Assembly (NCBI RefSeq): GCF_006345805.1
Contig: NC_043017.1
Span: 19,282,001 to 19,346,000 of the forward strand
Direction of reading: 5' to 3'
Length of the DNA: 64,000 nucleotides
Source: Octopus sinensis
Lineage: Eukaryota
Shown here: positions 50,592 through 62,298 of the stretch, piece by piece
Layout of the letters: every line of letters begins with the position of its first letter
How positions within the stretch are numbered: the first letter of the stretch is position 1
Program-made: the position numbers and the translations under genes
The notes under the pieces: generated by a model
Told to the model about the DNA's origin: nothing
What the model saw: the letters and a program-made list of their open reading frames with translations, nothing else
Database searches by the model: none

Positions 50592-50799
50592 CGTACATGA
50601 TATCTTGTTGACACCTAAAAAAGAGTTGTTTATATTGTCTTAGCTTGTTAGGTTGCCGTCCTCTCGCATCGACATCCGCAGGCATCCTGCTATGCCTGTG
50701 TGTTTCCTATCTTCCCCATCTCAATATGTCAATAGAAGACCAGATCTCACTTCCATCCTTTTATGCTATATTGTGTCAATAATGCTCATATCGCAACAA

Positions 50800-51630
50800 C
50801 CCAACCACCTCCTTCACACTTACTCAAACAGTTTCTCTTTCTCACTCTCGACTCTTATTACACTCACACCCGGCCTTACTTACATCCACTCTCCACTCTG
50901 ACTATATCCGTTCACACTGTATCGACTCATTCATTTACTCTCTACTTTCACTTTCCCTTCTTACTTGCACTCACACTTCATTCTCACTCTTAGATACACT
51001 CACTTCGCTCCAACTCACACTCAATCTCTTTTCTAACTCTTCATTCATACATTCACACCCAACTTTTACTCACACACCTTCACTCCTACATACACACTCA
51101 CTCATCACTCCTACACATACTCACCCTCCACTGTCACACACACTCACCCTTCTCCACTCTCACCACACTCACTCACCTTACATGCACTCACTTTCCACTC
51201 TTACCACATGCACTCACGCTTCAGTCTTACCACACTCACTCACTTTTAAACTCACACACCTTCACTCCTACATACACACTCACTCATCACTCCTACACAC
51301 ACTCACCCTCCACTCTTACTCTCCACTCTCCACCACTCTCACCTTACATGCACTCACTCTCCACTCTTACCACATGCACTCACACTTCACTCTTACCACA
51401 CTCACTCACTTTTACACTCACACACCTTCACTCCTACATACACACTCACTCATCACTCCTACACACACTCACCCTCCACTGTCATGCACACTCACCCTCC
51501 ACTCTCACTCTTCACCACACTCACTCACCTTACATGCACTCACTTTCCACTCTTACCACACTCACTCACATGCACTCACACTTCACTCTTACCACACTCA
51601 CTCACTCTTACACTCACACACAGCTGCTCT
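50800..51630. repeat. CACT-rich degenerate minisatellite with ~165-bp higher-order units
   Basis: The block CTCACACACCTTCACTCCTACATACACACTCACTCATCACTCC recurs at about 51070, 51250 and 51418. Confidence 0.85.
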
Positions 51631-52149
51631 ACCTCACTTATTCCTCTCACATCCAATTTACTGACATCAGCCACTGTTTACCCCCCCCCCCTCCTCCTCC
51701 CCCACTCTCCTAGAAAACACTTACTTTCACCCACTTCCGTTCAGCCATTATTCATTAGGCAACCTCTGCAAACACACACACACACACACATTCTTTTGTC
51801 TATGGTATACTCGTGTTTGTATCAATAATTGGTGTCATATTCAGCCGTGTGATTAATAGCAAAACAGTGCAGTCTCACTTAACCATTTTGTGACTCTGCT
51901 TATGGAAGATTTGACAGTTTTTAGAATTCTGGATGCAAAATTTATTGATGCCTGGTATATCTAGGAAACACAGAAATCACACATATATTCAATGCTGGTT
52001 GAGGGGCGGGGGAGGGAGGCAGCTGGAGTGCAGGGTTCTTAGATTTATGCAAAAAGGAACCAGTATCACATATTTTGAGTCAGCAATGCAGCCGTAACCT
52101 GCTAGAAAAAGAAGCCAAGCCATTCTTGTATTACAACCTATGAACATGA

Positions 52150-52490
52150 ACATCGAAATAAATATCAATGGAAATAGTAGTTGTGATACCTGTGCCGGTG
52201 GCACATAAAAAGCACCATCCGAACGTGGCCGTTGCCAGCGCCGCCTTGGCTGGCTTCCGTGCCGGTGGCACGTTAAAAGCTCCAACCGATCGTGGCCGAT
52301 GCCGGACCCCCCCTGGCACCCTGTGCAGGTGGCACGTAAAAAGCACCCACTACACTCGCGGAGTGGTTGGCTGTAGAAACTCTGCCAGATCAGACTGGAG
52401 CCTGGTGCAGTCCCTGGCTTCCCAGACCCCGGTCGAACCGTCCAACCCGTGCTAGCGCGGAAAACGGATGTTAAACGATGATGATGATGA
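52150..52490 (+). mobile_element. RTE-clade LINE 3' UTR copy
   Basis: Same UTR with a small internal deletion; (GAT)n tail. Confidence 0.8.
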
Positions 52491-52640
52491 TATTAAAGAC
52501 TAAAGGCTCATTGGCTGATGGACACTTTCACCCGTTTTGATACCAGATTTCGGTTAAAATACCGTGTCTTTGTTTCAATTATCTGTCACTCTGATAGTTT
52601 GGTCAATCAGTGTTCCAGTCAATTCAACCAATGGAACAGC

Positions 52641-52858
52641 CTCTTTTACTCTCTTACTCTTTTACTTGTTTCAGTCATTTGACTGCGACCATGCTGGACA
52701 CCGCCTTTAGTTGAGCAAATCGACCCCAGGACATATTCTTTGTAAGCCTAGTACTTATTCTATTGGTCTCTTTTGCCGAACCGCTAAGTTATGGGGACGT
52801 AAACACACAAGCATCGGTTGTCAAGCAATGCTAGGGGGACAAACACAGACACACAAAC

Positions 52859-52899
<41 letters not shown>

Positions 52900-53015
52900 A
52901 CGGGCTTCTTTCAGTTTCCGTCTACCAAATCCACTCACTTTTGTCAGCCCGAGGCTATAGTAGAAAACACTTGCCTAGGGTGCCACGCAGTAGGATTGAA
53001 CCTGGAACCATGTGG
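52641..53015 (-). mobile_element. SINE family B
   Basis: Reverse copy with internal (TA)n. Confidence 0.82.
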
Positions 53016-54052
53016 TGTGCATTTCTCTTTTACCCGTTACATATTTCAATCCTTAAGCTGCAGCCATGCTGGAGCGTTACCTTGAAGAATATATAGTTGA
53101 ATGAAACAACCTCAGTTCCTATTTTCTTTTGTAAGTTTGGCATTGACTCTATTAGTCTCACTTGCCAAACTGCTAAGTTACAGGGGAAGTAACCACACCA
53201 ACACTGGTTGTCAAGTGGTGGTGGTCAGAGACAAACACAGATACAAAAACACACACACACATCAGCATCAACATCATTTAACGTCTATTGTCCATGCTGG
53301 TATGGGTTGGACATGTGTGTGTGTGTGTGTGTGTGTATGGCAGGCTTCTTTCAGTTTCTGTTAACCAAATCCTCTCAAGGCTTTGATCAACCTGAGGCTA
53401 CTATAGAAGACGCTTGCTCCTATGATGATGATGATGATTTAAGAAGTAAAAGAAGTTCTAATTATTAAAAAATGTGTAACCAAAGTAAAAACAAAAAAAC
53501 ACAAAAACAACAAACAAAAACAAACAAACAAAAATACATAATTTTAATGGGAAATAGGAAGAAGTCTGTTGTTACGTCAGTTTCAAAGATAAATGTGTCT
53601 GTTTATTGTGTGGCAGTATTATTGAAGTGTCGAAAAAAAAAAAGTAATGTTGAATGTGATTTCGTCTGATCGTACGTCTTTTAATAACAGCCACCCACTT
53701 AAATCTGAAATAAGGAGGTGGTAAATAAATTAGCTCAAATCAAGTCTATTGATCCCATAATAAAGTTTTATGCATCATCATCATCATAACATCTACTTTT
53801 CAATGCTTACATGGGTGAGACAGATTTTCTTGATGAGTTTCTGTAGATGGATGCCCTTCCTGTTACCAACCCTTACCTGTTTCCAAGAAAGGTAATCTTT
53901 CTCTATGGCCAGGTATGCATTGTAGGTCGGTGTTTGTTGAGGCTGTCTGTGAATGATTTAATGACACCTTGTAAACATTTAATTATGGTTTTATTTATGC
54001 CACACAAGTTGGTTATGGATTACAAAAATCTCCACAAAGACCTGTATATATA

Positions 54053-54243
54053 TAGATCATTAGCTCCTACACACATTTTTTTCTCTCCTTGTTTCTCTCC
54101 TTGTTTTTTTCTGTGTATCTTTCTGTCGAAGAGTGTAGGCTCGAAATGTAAAAGACTTTTTCTATTCCTGAGCACTATACTAATACATTTGTTTGTTTGT
54201 ACTCCACCTGTCTTTTTCTTTTGTTTATTTTCGTAAACTTTCC

Positions 54244-54246
<3 letters not shown>
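54053..54246 (+). mobile_element. Family F1 element, copy 2; hammerhead motif at 54118-54155
   Basis: TCTTT-CTGTCGA-A-GAGT(GTAG)GCTC-GAAAT-GTA-AAAGA. Flanked by TA repeats on both sides. Confidence 0.75.
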
Positions 54247-54306
<60 letters not shown>

Positions 54307-54310
54307 TATA

Positions 54311-54765
54311 TACTTGAGATTTAGTTGAATTAGGTACTTAAGTTGAAGCATCATGTACAGTCTGGTATTATCTGCACACCTCAAAGTAAGGTGAATAAAA
54401 TCAAAATAAGCAACAGGATATCAAGTAGTGATGCAGTACAACCGTTTCAAGCGGCTCCATTTAATTGAACAATGCAATCATTGCATCAATTTAAATGCAG
54501 TGCCATCTTCAGCTGATCAAATAAATAAATAGAATTTTAACCAGTTGGACACATTAATATAATTTTTCTCAAATATTTTAACAGAGCAAGAAGATGGAAG
54601 AAATTTATGTTGTCGCTATTGTAGCTAAGAATAGACTACACTTCCAAGAATCGCATGAATCCCATTGGGGTCATAGCTTGTAAAGGATTATGGTTCATTT
54701 CCAATTTATTTGTCTTTTTATCAACTAGCAAATCTAAGACCAGAGGACTGTATGTGTTTAGAATG
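54311..54765 (-). mobile_element. Family F2 element, second copy; hammerhead-like motif at 54430-54518
   Basis: Minus strand GATCAG-CTGAAGA-TGGC...long hairpin...GCTT-GAAAC-GGTT-GTA-CTGCATC, core intact. Lies tail-to-tail with F1 copy 2 across (TA)n(CA)n. Confidence 0.62.
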
Positions 54766-55424
54766 AAGGGCAAAAGTGAGTTGACAGCTCATGGCTAGGT
54801 ATAGTCATAAATATTGTCATATGTATCCTTTTTCTTCAGAGAGAGAGAAGAAAACATTAGGAGTAGTAAATTTGATACAGATTAACTGTCTACAAAACAA
54901 GGTTTGGTAGGGGAAGACTCTAAATCATGATATTAATTAGCAGTTAAAGGGGCAAGACGCTAATAAAACCTAGGATGTTAATACTGAGGAATTTTATCTT
55001 GGGGTACTATGGGTGATTGTTTATAAACAATATTGTTATGTTGTATAAAAATAAAATTAATGTTAAGTCTGACCACACTGATACAAAAGCCATGCCTCCT
55101 TTACTTCCCCCTCTCTCAAACTTTTTCTTCTTACTTTTCCCTTCCATTGCAAACCACCCCCAAAAAAGAAAAACCAAGAATACAATCCCAAAACACTTAT
55201 TCTACTTTCTTTTCTCTATCTCCCAATCTCTCCTCCTCTCTTACCCCTGCACCTTCCTTTCTAATTTGTCCCCCCTCTCTCTCTCCCTTTCTAAAACATC
55301 ATCAGTTTCAATTTTATATAAAAAAGCAAAGCAAACTTACAGTAAAACCACTTTTTTAATAAATCCAATAACAGAAGAAAATGCTAAAAATGTTAATAAA
55401 AAAAATATATATAATCATCTATAG

Positions 55425-56800
55425 TCTTCCAGGCAATGACAGGGGAATTCAAGACAATCTGCCCCTGGGAGCTCCTCTATGCTAATGACCTTGCTGAATC
55501 ACTATCTGAACTAGAGAAGAAACTCCAGGTATAGAAGCAAGGTCTAGAATCAAAGGGTCTTAAAGCTAAACAAGCAAAAAACCAAAGTCTTAGTAAGTAG
55601 GAAGGAAGACAAATCACAAATCCCTTCAGGTAGATGGCTCTGCTCCATCTCTGGAAAGGTTGTAGATAGAAACTCCATAAGATGCACTCCATAAAAGGTG
55701 CAGCAATATCAGGGGAAGGTTAATAGGGAAACTAGCTTTTGTATGTGGAAGATGCACAGGTACAATAAACACTAAAAATGGGCTGAGAACAAACTCCATC
55801 AGCTGCCTGGGGTGCCAGCTAGAGGTTGTAGATAGCTTCTGTTATCTAAATGACCAAGTTAGTAGTGGAGGTGGATGCTCTGAGAGCATAGCTGTGAGAA
55901 TAAGATTAGGATGGGCAAAGTTCAGAGAGCTCCAACACCTGCTGGCAACGAAGGGCCTCTCTCTCAGAGTGGAAAGCAGACTGTTTGATGTCTGTGTGTG
56001 AACAGCTATGTTGCATGACAGGGAAACATGAGTTGTAACAGCTGAGGACATGTGTAGACTTGAATAAAATGAAATCAGTATGCTTTGCTGGATGTGCAAT
56101 GTCAGTGTGCATGTTCGACAGAGTATAAACATCTTGAGAGAAAAGTTAGGCATAAGAGAATCAGTTGTGGTGTGCAAGAAAGACGACTGCACTGGTATGA
56201 TTATGTGATGCATATGGACTAGGACAGCTATGTAAAGAAGTACTGATCTCTAACTGTGGAGGGAACCCTGTAGTAGAGGTAGATCCAGAAAGACATGGGA
56301 CGAGGTGGTGAAGCATGATCTTCAAACTTAGAGCTTCACAGAGGCAATGACTAGTGACTGAGTCACTTGGGGATGTGCTGTGCTTGAGAGGACCTGTCAA
56401 GCCAAATGCACCTGTGCTGGTGGCACGTAAAGAACACCTTTTGAGCATTGGGCCTCACAGAGGCAAAGTGGCTGAGTTCCTTTTGAGTGTTGGGCCTCAT
56501 GAAAGCAATGACCAAGATCTTTAGCATTATGTTGTGCTTGAGAAGAAGACCCATCAAGCCAAGTAAAGTCACAGTCGTGGCAGATACCAGTGTCACACAA
56601 ATGGCACCTGTGCTGGTGGTACGTAAAAGCAACCATTACACTCTCAGAGTGGTTGGCATTAGGAAGGGCATTCAGCTGTAGAAAACCATGCCAAATCAGA
56701 CTGGAGTCTGTTGCAGCCTTCCAGCATGCCAGCCCCAGTCAAACCGTCCAACCCATGCCAACATGGACACCAGACGTTAAATGATATTGATGAAGATGAT
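55425..56800 (+). mobile_element. Second RTE-clade LINE, decayed RT/C-terminal region plus its 3' UTR
   Basis: Broken frames give PWELLYANDL (YADD-like), KTKVLVS..GRW.CS, EVVDSFCYL, RIRLGWAKFREL and RGRSRKTWDEVV. These continue into the GGCATTAGGAAGGGCAT...GACGTTAAATGAT 3' UTR that recurs alone throughout the window. Confidence 0.85.
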
Positions 56801-56827
56801 CCACCATTCTGACTACCTTGTTATTCT

Positions 56828-56883
<56 letters not shown>

Positions 56884-56885
<2 letters not shown>

Positions 56886-57091
56886 CCATGTTGATTCGCT
56901 AGCTTCTGCACGCATTTTTTTTCTCTCCTTGTTTCTTTCCGTGTTTCTTTTCTGTGTATCTTTCTGTTGAAGAGCATAGGCTCGAAACGTAAAAGACTTG
57001 TTTTATTTATATTCCTGAGCGCCATACTAATACAATTGTTTGTTTGTATTCCACCTGCCTTCGTCTTTTGTTTATTTTCATAAAGCTTCCC

Positions 57092-57093
<2 letters not shown>
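56884..57093 (+). mobile_element. Family F1 hammerhead-bearing element (probable PLE 3' end or non-autonomous derivative), copy 3
   Basis: About 210 bp, homologous to 37133-37359 and 54053-54246, embedded between two long (TA)n tracts. Confidence 0.75.
56959..56996 (+). ncRNA. Minimal type-I hammerhead ribozyme motif, family F1, best copy (core variant A6->U)
   Basis: TCTTT-CTGTTGA-A-GAGC(ATAG)GCTC-GAAAC-GTA-AAAGA: 5-bp helix I, 4-bp helix II, palindromic ACGT replacing helix III, predicted cleavage after GUA at 56991. Confidence 0.7.
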
Positions 57094-57162
<69 letters not shown>

Positions 57163-57699
57163 GTGTGTTGGTAGCCAGCTGGAAAAGATGTTTTCCTGGG
57201 GTTAAACAGTAATAATATTGTCCTGTATAGGACTGCCACATTCTGTTGGCAAATAAACTTTACTGTTTGAATTTACTATTTATGTGTGTGTGTGTGGTAG
57301 AGGTTGGGGTGAGAATTGTTAAGATAAATTCTGAAACAGAAGAACTATTGGTGATTTTGATGAATCTAAATAAACTACTGTTCTTGAAATGATAAATTTC
57401 ATTCTAAATTCAAACTTTGTCCAAATTCCAATTCAAAACACACTCAACATTTGTCTTGTAATTGGTTTACTTCCAAAAGTATTAAATGTCTTCTAAGTAT
57501 CAAAGTCTGGAATTGATAAAAACGCTGTAGATATCTTGCTAGAAATTCCATCACCATATTGATACACTATGTAAAATACCTGGAGAGCTTAAAAGGAAAT
57601 TGCAACTTGATACGTATCGAAGGAACTATGCCTATAATTCTCATGAGATTCTAATTGTTTCTTGAAGTAATTGGAAATTGTAGAAGTGTACTTTTGTCT

Positions 57700-58660
57700 G
57701 TCTAATTGCTTTGTCTGTTTAATGAGTGTTATCTTAGACAATGACATGACGAAGTAAGAAGAGATGTGATACAGTGTGAATGACCAGAGAGAGAGAGAGA
57801 GAGAGAGATGAGAACTGGATGGGTGACTGGGGCTTGGAAGAGGAAAAGTAGAGAGTTGATAGTTCAGAGCAGCAGAGGCTATTGTTGTTGTTAGTGGTTG
57901 TCAGAGACAGGTCTGTTGAGGATTAGATCGTTTCTAATTACTTCAATAGACGTCATTTGGATTCAGTCTTGGATTTGGATGTTAATGATTGTAACAGCAG
58001 CACTGTCTCATAGATATGAGTAACACTCCAGTATGTGAGTGATACTCCAGTAGGAGTAGTCTTCAGTGGGAGTGATACTCCAGTGTGAGTGGTACTTCAG
58101 TGTGAGTTGTACTCTAGTGTGAATATTATTTCTGTGTGAGTGGTACTTGAATGTGAGTGATGCTCCAATGTGAATGGTTTCTAGGGTTTGTTGAAGTGTA
58201 GCAGGAGATCCAGTCAGAAGTGTTTCCGGACTTTAGATCATTTTACTGTAGTTTTGGGTATCTTACGTAGGAGGGATCTCCATGAAGGATCATTGAGGAT
58301 TCCGAGGTCTTTCCAGAGGGTTTTATTGTAGGGTGTTCCTGATTATTAGAGAGTGTGAACCACAAGACTTGCTTCCTTGTTAAAAGAAACTCGGATGTTC
58401 TGTCTGCCATGGGAAGATGTTCTTGGATTTAGAGTATGTCCTGGCATAAGGTGTTTAAATTGTATTTGAATGACTGCTGTGTGCATAAGGTTAAGGAGGA
58501 GTAAAGGGTCAAAGGAATGACAACAAATAGGCCATCGATATATGGAAGGAAGAGAGTAGGGGTCAGTAGTGAACCTTGGGGTACACCAGGTGTAATACAA
58601 ATATGAGTTAGAGAGGTCTTCATTAGCACAAACTGCAATGTTTACTGAGGTGCAAAGATG
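57700..58660 (-). mobile_element. Old CR1/Jockey-type LINE remnant
   Basis: GVPQGSLLTPTLFLPYID RT motif on the minus strand at about 58540-58600; the rest is frame-disrupted and boundaries are approximate. Confidence 0.6.
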
Positions 58661-59052
58661 CATGGCTAAATGGTTAGGGTATTCAGCTCATGATTGTAAG
58701 GTTGTGAGTTCAATACCTGGTGGTGCATTGTGTCCTTCAGTAAGACACTTTACTTCACATTGCTCCAGTTAACTGAGCCAGCATAAATGAGTTGTGCCTG
58801 GATTTCAAAGGGCCAGCCTTGTCGCATTCAGTGTCATAGTGAATTTTCCTGAGAGTTATGTTAAAGGTATGCCTGTCTGTGGGGTGCTCAGCCATTTGCA
58901 CATTAATTTCATGAGCACAAGAATTCCATACACACAAGAATTATTGAAATAGAGTCATAAATAGTAATTAAGATTTAATTAAAAATCTTGTATTTTTTTT
59001 TCCTTGTTTTGCATCCTGCATGAAAAGACTTGCTATTTATACCTGACTTTAA

Positions 59053-59258
59053 CCCTTTTGTTACCAACCCAGCCAAAACCGCCTCTGGCTCTATAGTACA
59101 AATGTCATGTTTCCATAAGTATTGAATTAAATTCTTCCACCAAACCTTAGTCACAATTTATGTTCCCAACTAGCTTTACTTTACTAAATTCTTTGTTATA
59201 TTTAAAATTAATTGATTGAAACACAGAGCATCTCAAAATAAGTACGGTAACGAAAGGG
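59053..59258. mobile_element. piggyBac-like MITE family B
   Basis: TTAA-CCCTTTTGTTAC...GTAACGAAAGGG-TTAA; homologous to 7553-7773. Confidence 0.88.
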
Positions 59259-59811
59259 TTAAAGGCTTAATTGGATGAACTGGAACCCTCATTGACATAA
59301 CTAACATAGTACCAGTTAAAAGTGTTTATTGAGTAAGAGATGGTGAATATATAGAGTCAGTAGAGCAACAAATAGAATGCTTTGTGGTATTTATTCTGAT
59401 GCTTGGTGCTCTGAGTTCAAATTCCACCCAAGTCAACTTTGTGCCTTCATCCTTTCAAAGTTGATAAAACAAAATGCCACCATGGGGTGGGAGGGGGAAT
59501 GGTGAAACTGTGAGAACATTGGATCGGGTGCCTTGTGGTATTTATTCTGGCTCTTTGCATTTTGAATTCTAACCCTTCTGTAGTCGACTTAGATTAACAG
59601 GCTTAATTCATTTCCTGGTTTAGCACCTATACCTGGGGTTTGGGAAACCAAAGACATGGCTATGTGATAAGAAGTTTGCTTGCCAACCATATGGTTCCAG
59701 GCTCAGTCCCACTGCATGGCACCTTGGGCAAGTGTTTTCTAATATTAGCCTTGGATCAACTAAAAAGCCTTGTGGGTAGATGGAAACAGAAATATTTTTT
59801 TTTCTACTCTA

Positions 59812-60012
59812 TGCACAAGCCCTGAAAATTTTGGGGTGGGGGCTAGTCAATTAGATTGACCCCAGTTCATAACTGGTTCTTGATTTATTGACCCCAAAAG
59901 GATGAAAGGCAAAGTCGACCTTGGTGGAATTTGAACTCAGAACATAAAGACAGAGGAAATACTGCTAAGCATTTCACCCGGCGTGCTAACAATTCTGCTA
60001 GCTCATCGCCTT
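59812..60012 (-). mobile_element. SINE family A
   Basis: Reverse complement of family A. Confidence 0.8.
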
Positions 60013-61171
60013 AATTATGTATGTATGTATGTGAGTGTGTGTGTATGTATGTATGTACGTACGTACAAGAGAGACCAATAGAATAATTGTACTATGTACT
60101 TTCATGTGTGTGTGTCACAACCTCTTGACAACTGGTGTTGGTGTATTTATGTTGTGGAAGACAGGAACGCTTGGAGAGAACGAGTCGGTTTTGGTCTGGG
60201 TAAGCTGCCTGAAGTGATGAATGAGTAGAACTGTCTTCAGAGAGCAATTCCCTGTGTGGAAGTTCTTGTTCCCAATGGAACTGCAATGCTACATAAAACA
60301 ATACTTTAGTTGTTGCCATATAACAAATCCCCATTCTTTAAAAGAATACAAAATATCACCAGAATAACTTTAGCTTCTCTAAAACTAATCAGAGTTGGAC
60401 ATTTTATTGCATCAATCCAGTCACAGAAGCCTAGTAATAAATCATGCACACTGCTTTCTCTCTTGGCTAAAAAAATGGGTATACTTGTTTGAGCATTTAG
60501 CATTCAGATTACTCTGTCAAATGTAATGCTTATTTATTCACAATGTTTTGAATTAATCAAGCATTATCTTGTAGCTTTGAGTTTTCGCTGATGTGATTGT
60601 CTACTTTTAGAATAATATAGTAAGGGTTGAGGGGTGAGTATAATAAATGATGAACAAGTTTAGGGAAGGTTGGGAAGAGTAGGTGACAACTGTAGAGATC
60701 AGGCTGGGTTGAAGGGTCGATGCAGTGAGTGGTGGACTGAGGGTTTGGGGTGGCCTGTTATACATATGAGTTGGAAGTAGGCAGGGGAGAGTAGGAGATG
60801 ACTGACCATGCAGACGAAAAAAGTGAAGAGTATCAGAATAGTAATGATACGGTAGACAGAGGAAAGATGGGAGAGAGAGTGAGTGAGAGGCTGAATCTGG
60901 CCAATTTAACTCTTTCAGACCTGGGCCCCTGTGTCTACCTTTTACCCTCCCACTGGGCTCCTGAGCAGAAAATTAAATAGTTGCATATAGAGCTCAAGAA
61001 TAACAATTGTGGGCAAACTAATTGGCAGAATGAGTTCATCATCTTTTTCTATGTGTATCGCTCATTACTGCTTTCCAGGGAATCCAGCAGAAGATGATTT
61101 GTAACCTATTCCTGCTAGGAATACAGCATGACCAGGGCTAGATTAAGACCCATCAAGGCTCTAAGTACTTA

Positions 61172-61390
61172 CCCTTTAGTATTTAAACCTGCCATATCCG
61201 GCCAAAATAGCTAGTCTGTTTTATGTTCAAAGCAACCAGATCCAGGCCCTCACACCTACCCTACAATGTTATTCTACATTAAGTAATTACACCATCAAGA
61301 TCTTTAAGATATGAGATAATGCATGATTAATTCAAATCAATGTGAATCAATAAGCATTATGTTTGATAGAATAATCTGAACACTAAAGGG
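61172..61390. mobile_element. piggyBac-like MITE family C
   Basis: TTA-CCCTTTAGTATT...AACACTAAAGGG-TTAA. Reverse-orientation fragments of the same family at about 60520-60615 and 61790-61850. Confidence 0.72.
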
Positions 61391-61859
61391 TTAAAAGGTT
61401 TTGGTGCCCCTATAAATGATTATGTAGTTCAAAATAGAAACAATCACAAACCATAAAATAAATTTTTATTTTCCAAAATGAAACAAAAACAGTGAGAAGG
61501 AAAATAATGTATATTTTTGTATACTTCCACTTTATTTATATTTGAAAAGTTTCCTCTTCCTTTTTTGAATTGCAAAGTCTTTGATAGACCCTCAAAATTA
61601 ATCTTAGGTAACACATCTGCATCTATACTTAGCAGAGATAAAGGCATCCCGAATATTATTTTAGCAAGTTTAAAGTGATTTCTTTTGTGCCATAAACCAT
61701 TTACCATTTCTGTGGTGCCCCCCCTTCCTTTGATGCCCTAAGCATATGCTTATTTTGCTTAATGGTTAATCCAGTGCTGAGCATGACAGAGTTAAACATA
61801 AAACAGGCAGAATATTTTGGCTGGATATGGCTGTTTTAAAAGCTAATGAGTTAGAGTTT

Positions 61860-62085
61860 ATTTCTCTTTACTCTTTTTACTCTTTTACTTGTTTCAGTCA
61901 TTTGACTGCGGCCATGCCGGAGCACCACCTTTAGTCGAGCAAATCGACCCCAGGACTTATTCTTTGTAAGCCTAGTACTTATTCTATCGGTCTCTTTTGC
62001 CGAACCGCTAAGTTACGGGGACATAAACACACCAGCATCAGTTGTCAAGTGATGTTGGGGGGGGGGGACAAACACAGTGACACAA

Positions 62086-62126
<41 letters not shown>

Positions 62127-62298
62127 CATATATACGACGGGCTTCTTTCAGTTTCCGTCTACCGAATCCACTCACAAGGCTTTGGTCGGCCCGAGGCTAT
62201 AGTAGAAGACATTTGCCCAAGGTGCCACACAGTGGGACTGAACCCGGAACCATGTGGTTGGTAAGCAAGCTACTTACCACACAGCCACTCTTGCGCCT
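61860..62298 (-). mobile_element. SINE family B flanked by 116-bp direct repeats
   Basis: Full-length reverse copy; 61744-61859 matches 62299-62414 with 2 mismatches. Confidence 0.9.

Noticed and set aside
60163-60205. Possible GPCR micro-exon ending TGG|GTAAGC
   Set aside because: No polypyrimidine tract, and the peptide GTLGENESVLVW has no TM3 features.
60306-60503. 65-aa minus-strand ORF of ordinary composition
   Set aside because: No recognisable motif or splice context; compatible with chance.
60620-60960. Possible second CR1-type 3' remnant on the minus strand
   Set aside because: Composition is suggestive but I could not recover a diagnostic motif, so it is not listed as a feature.
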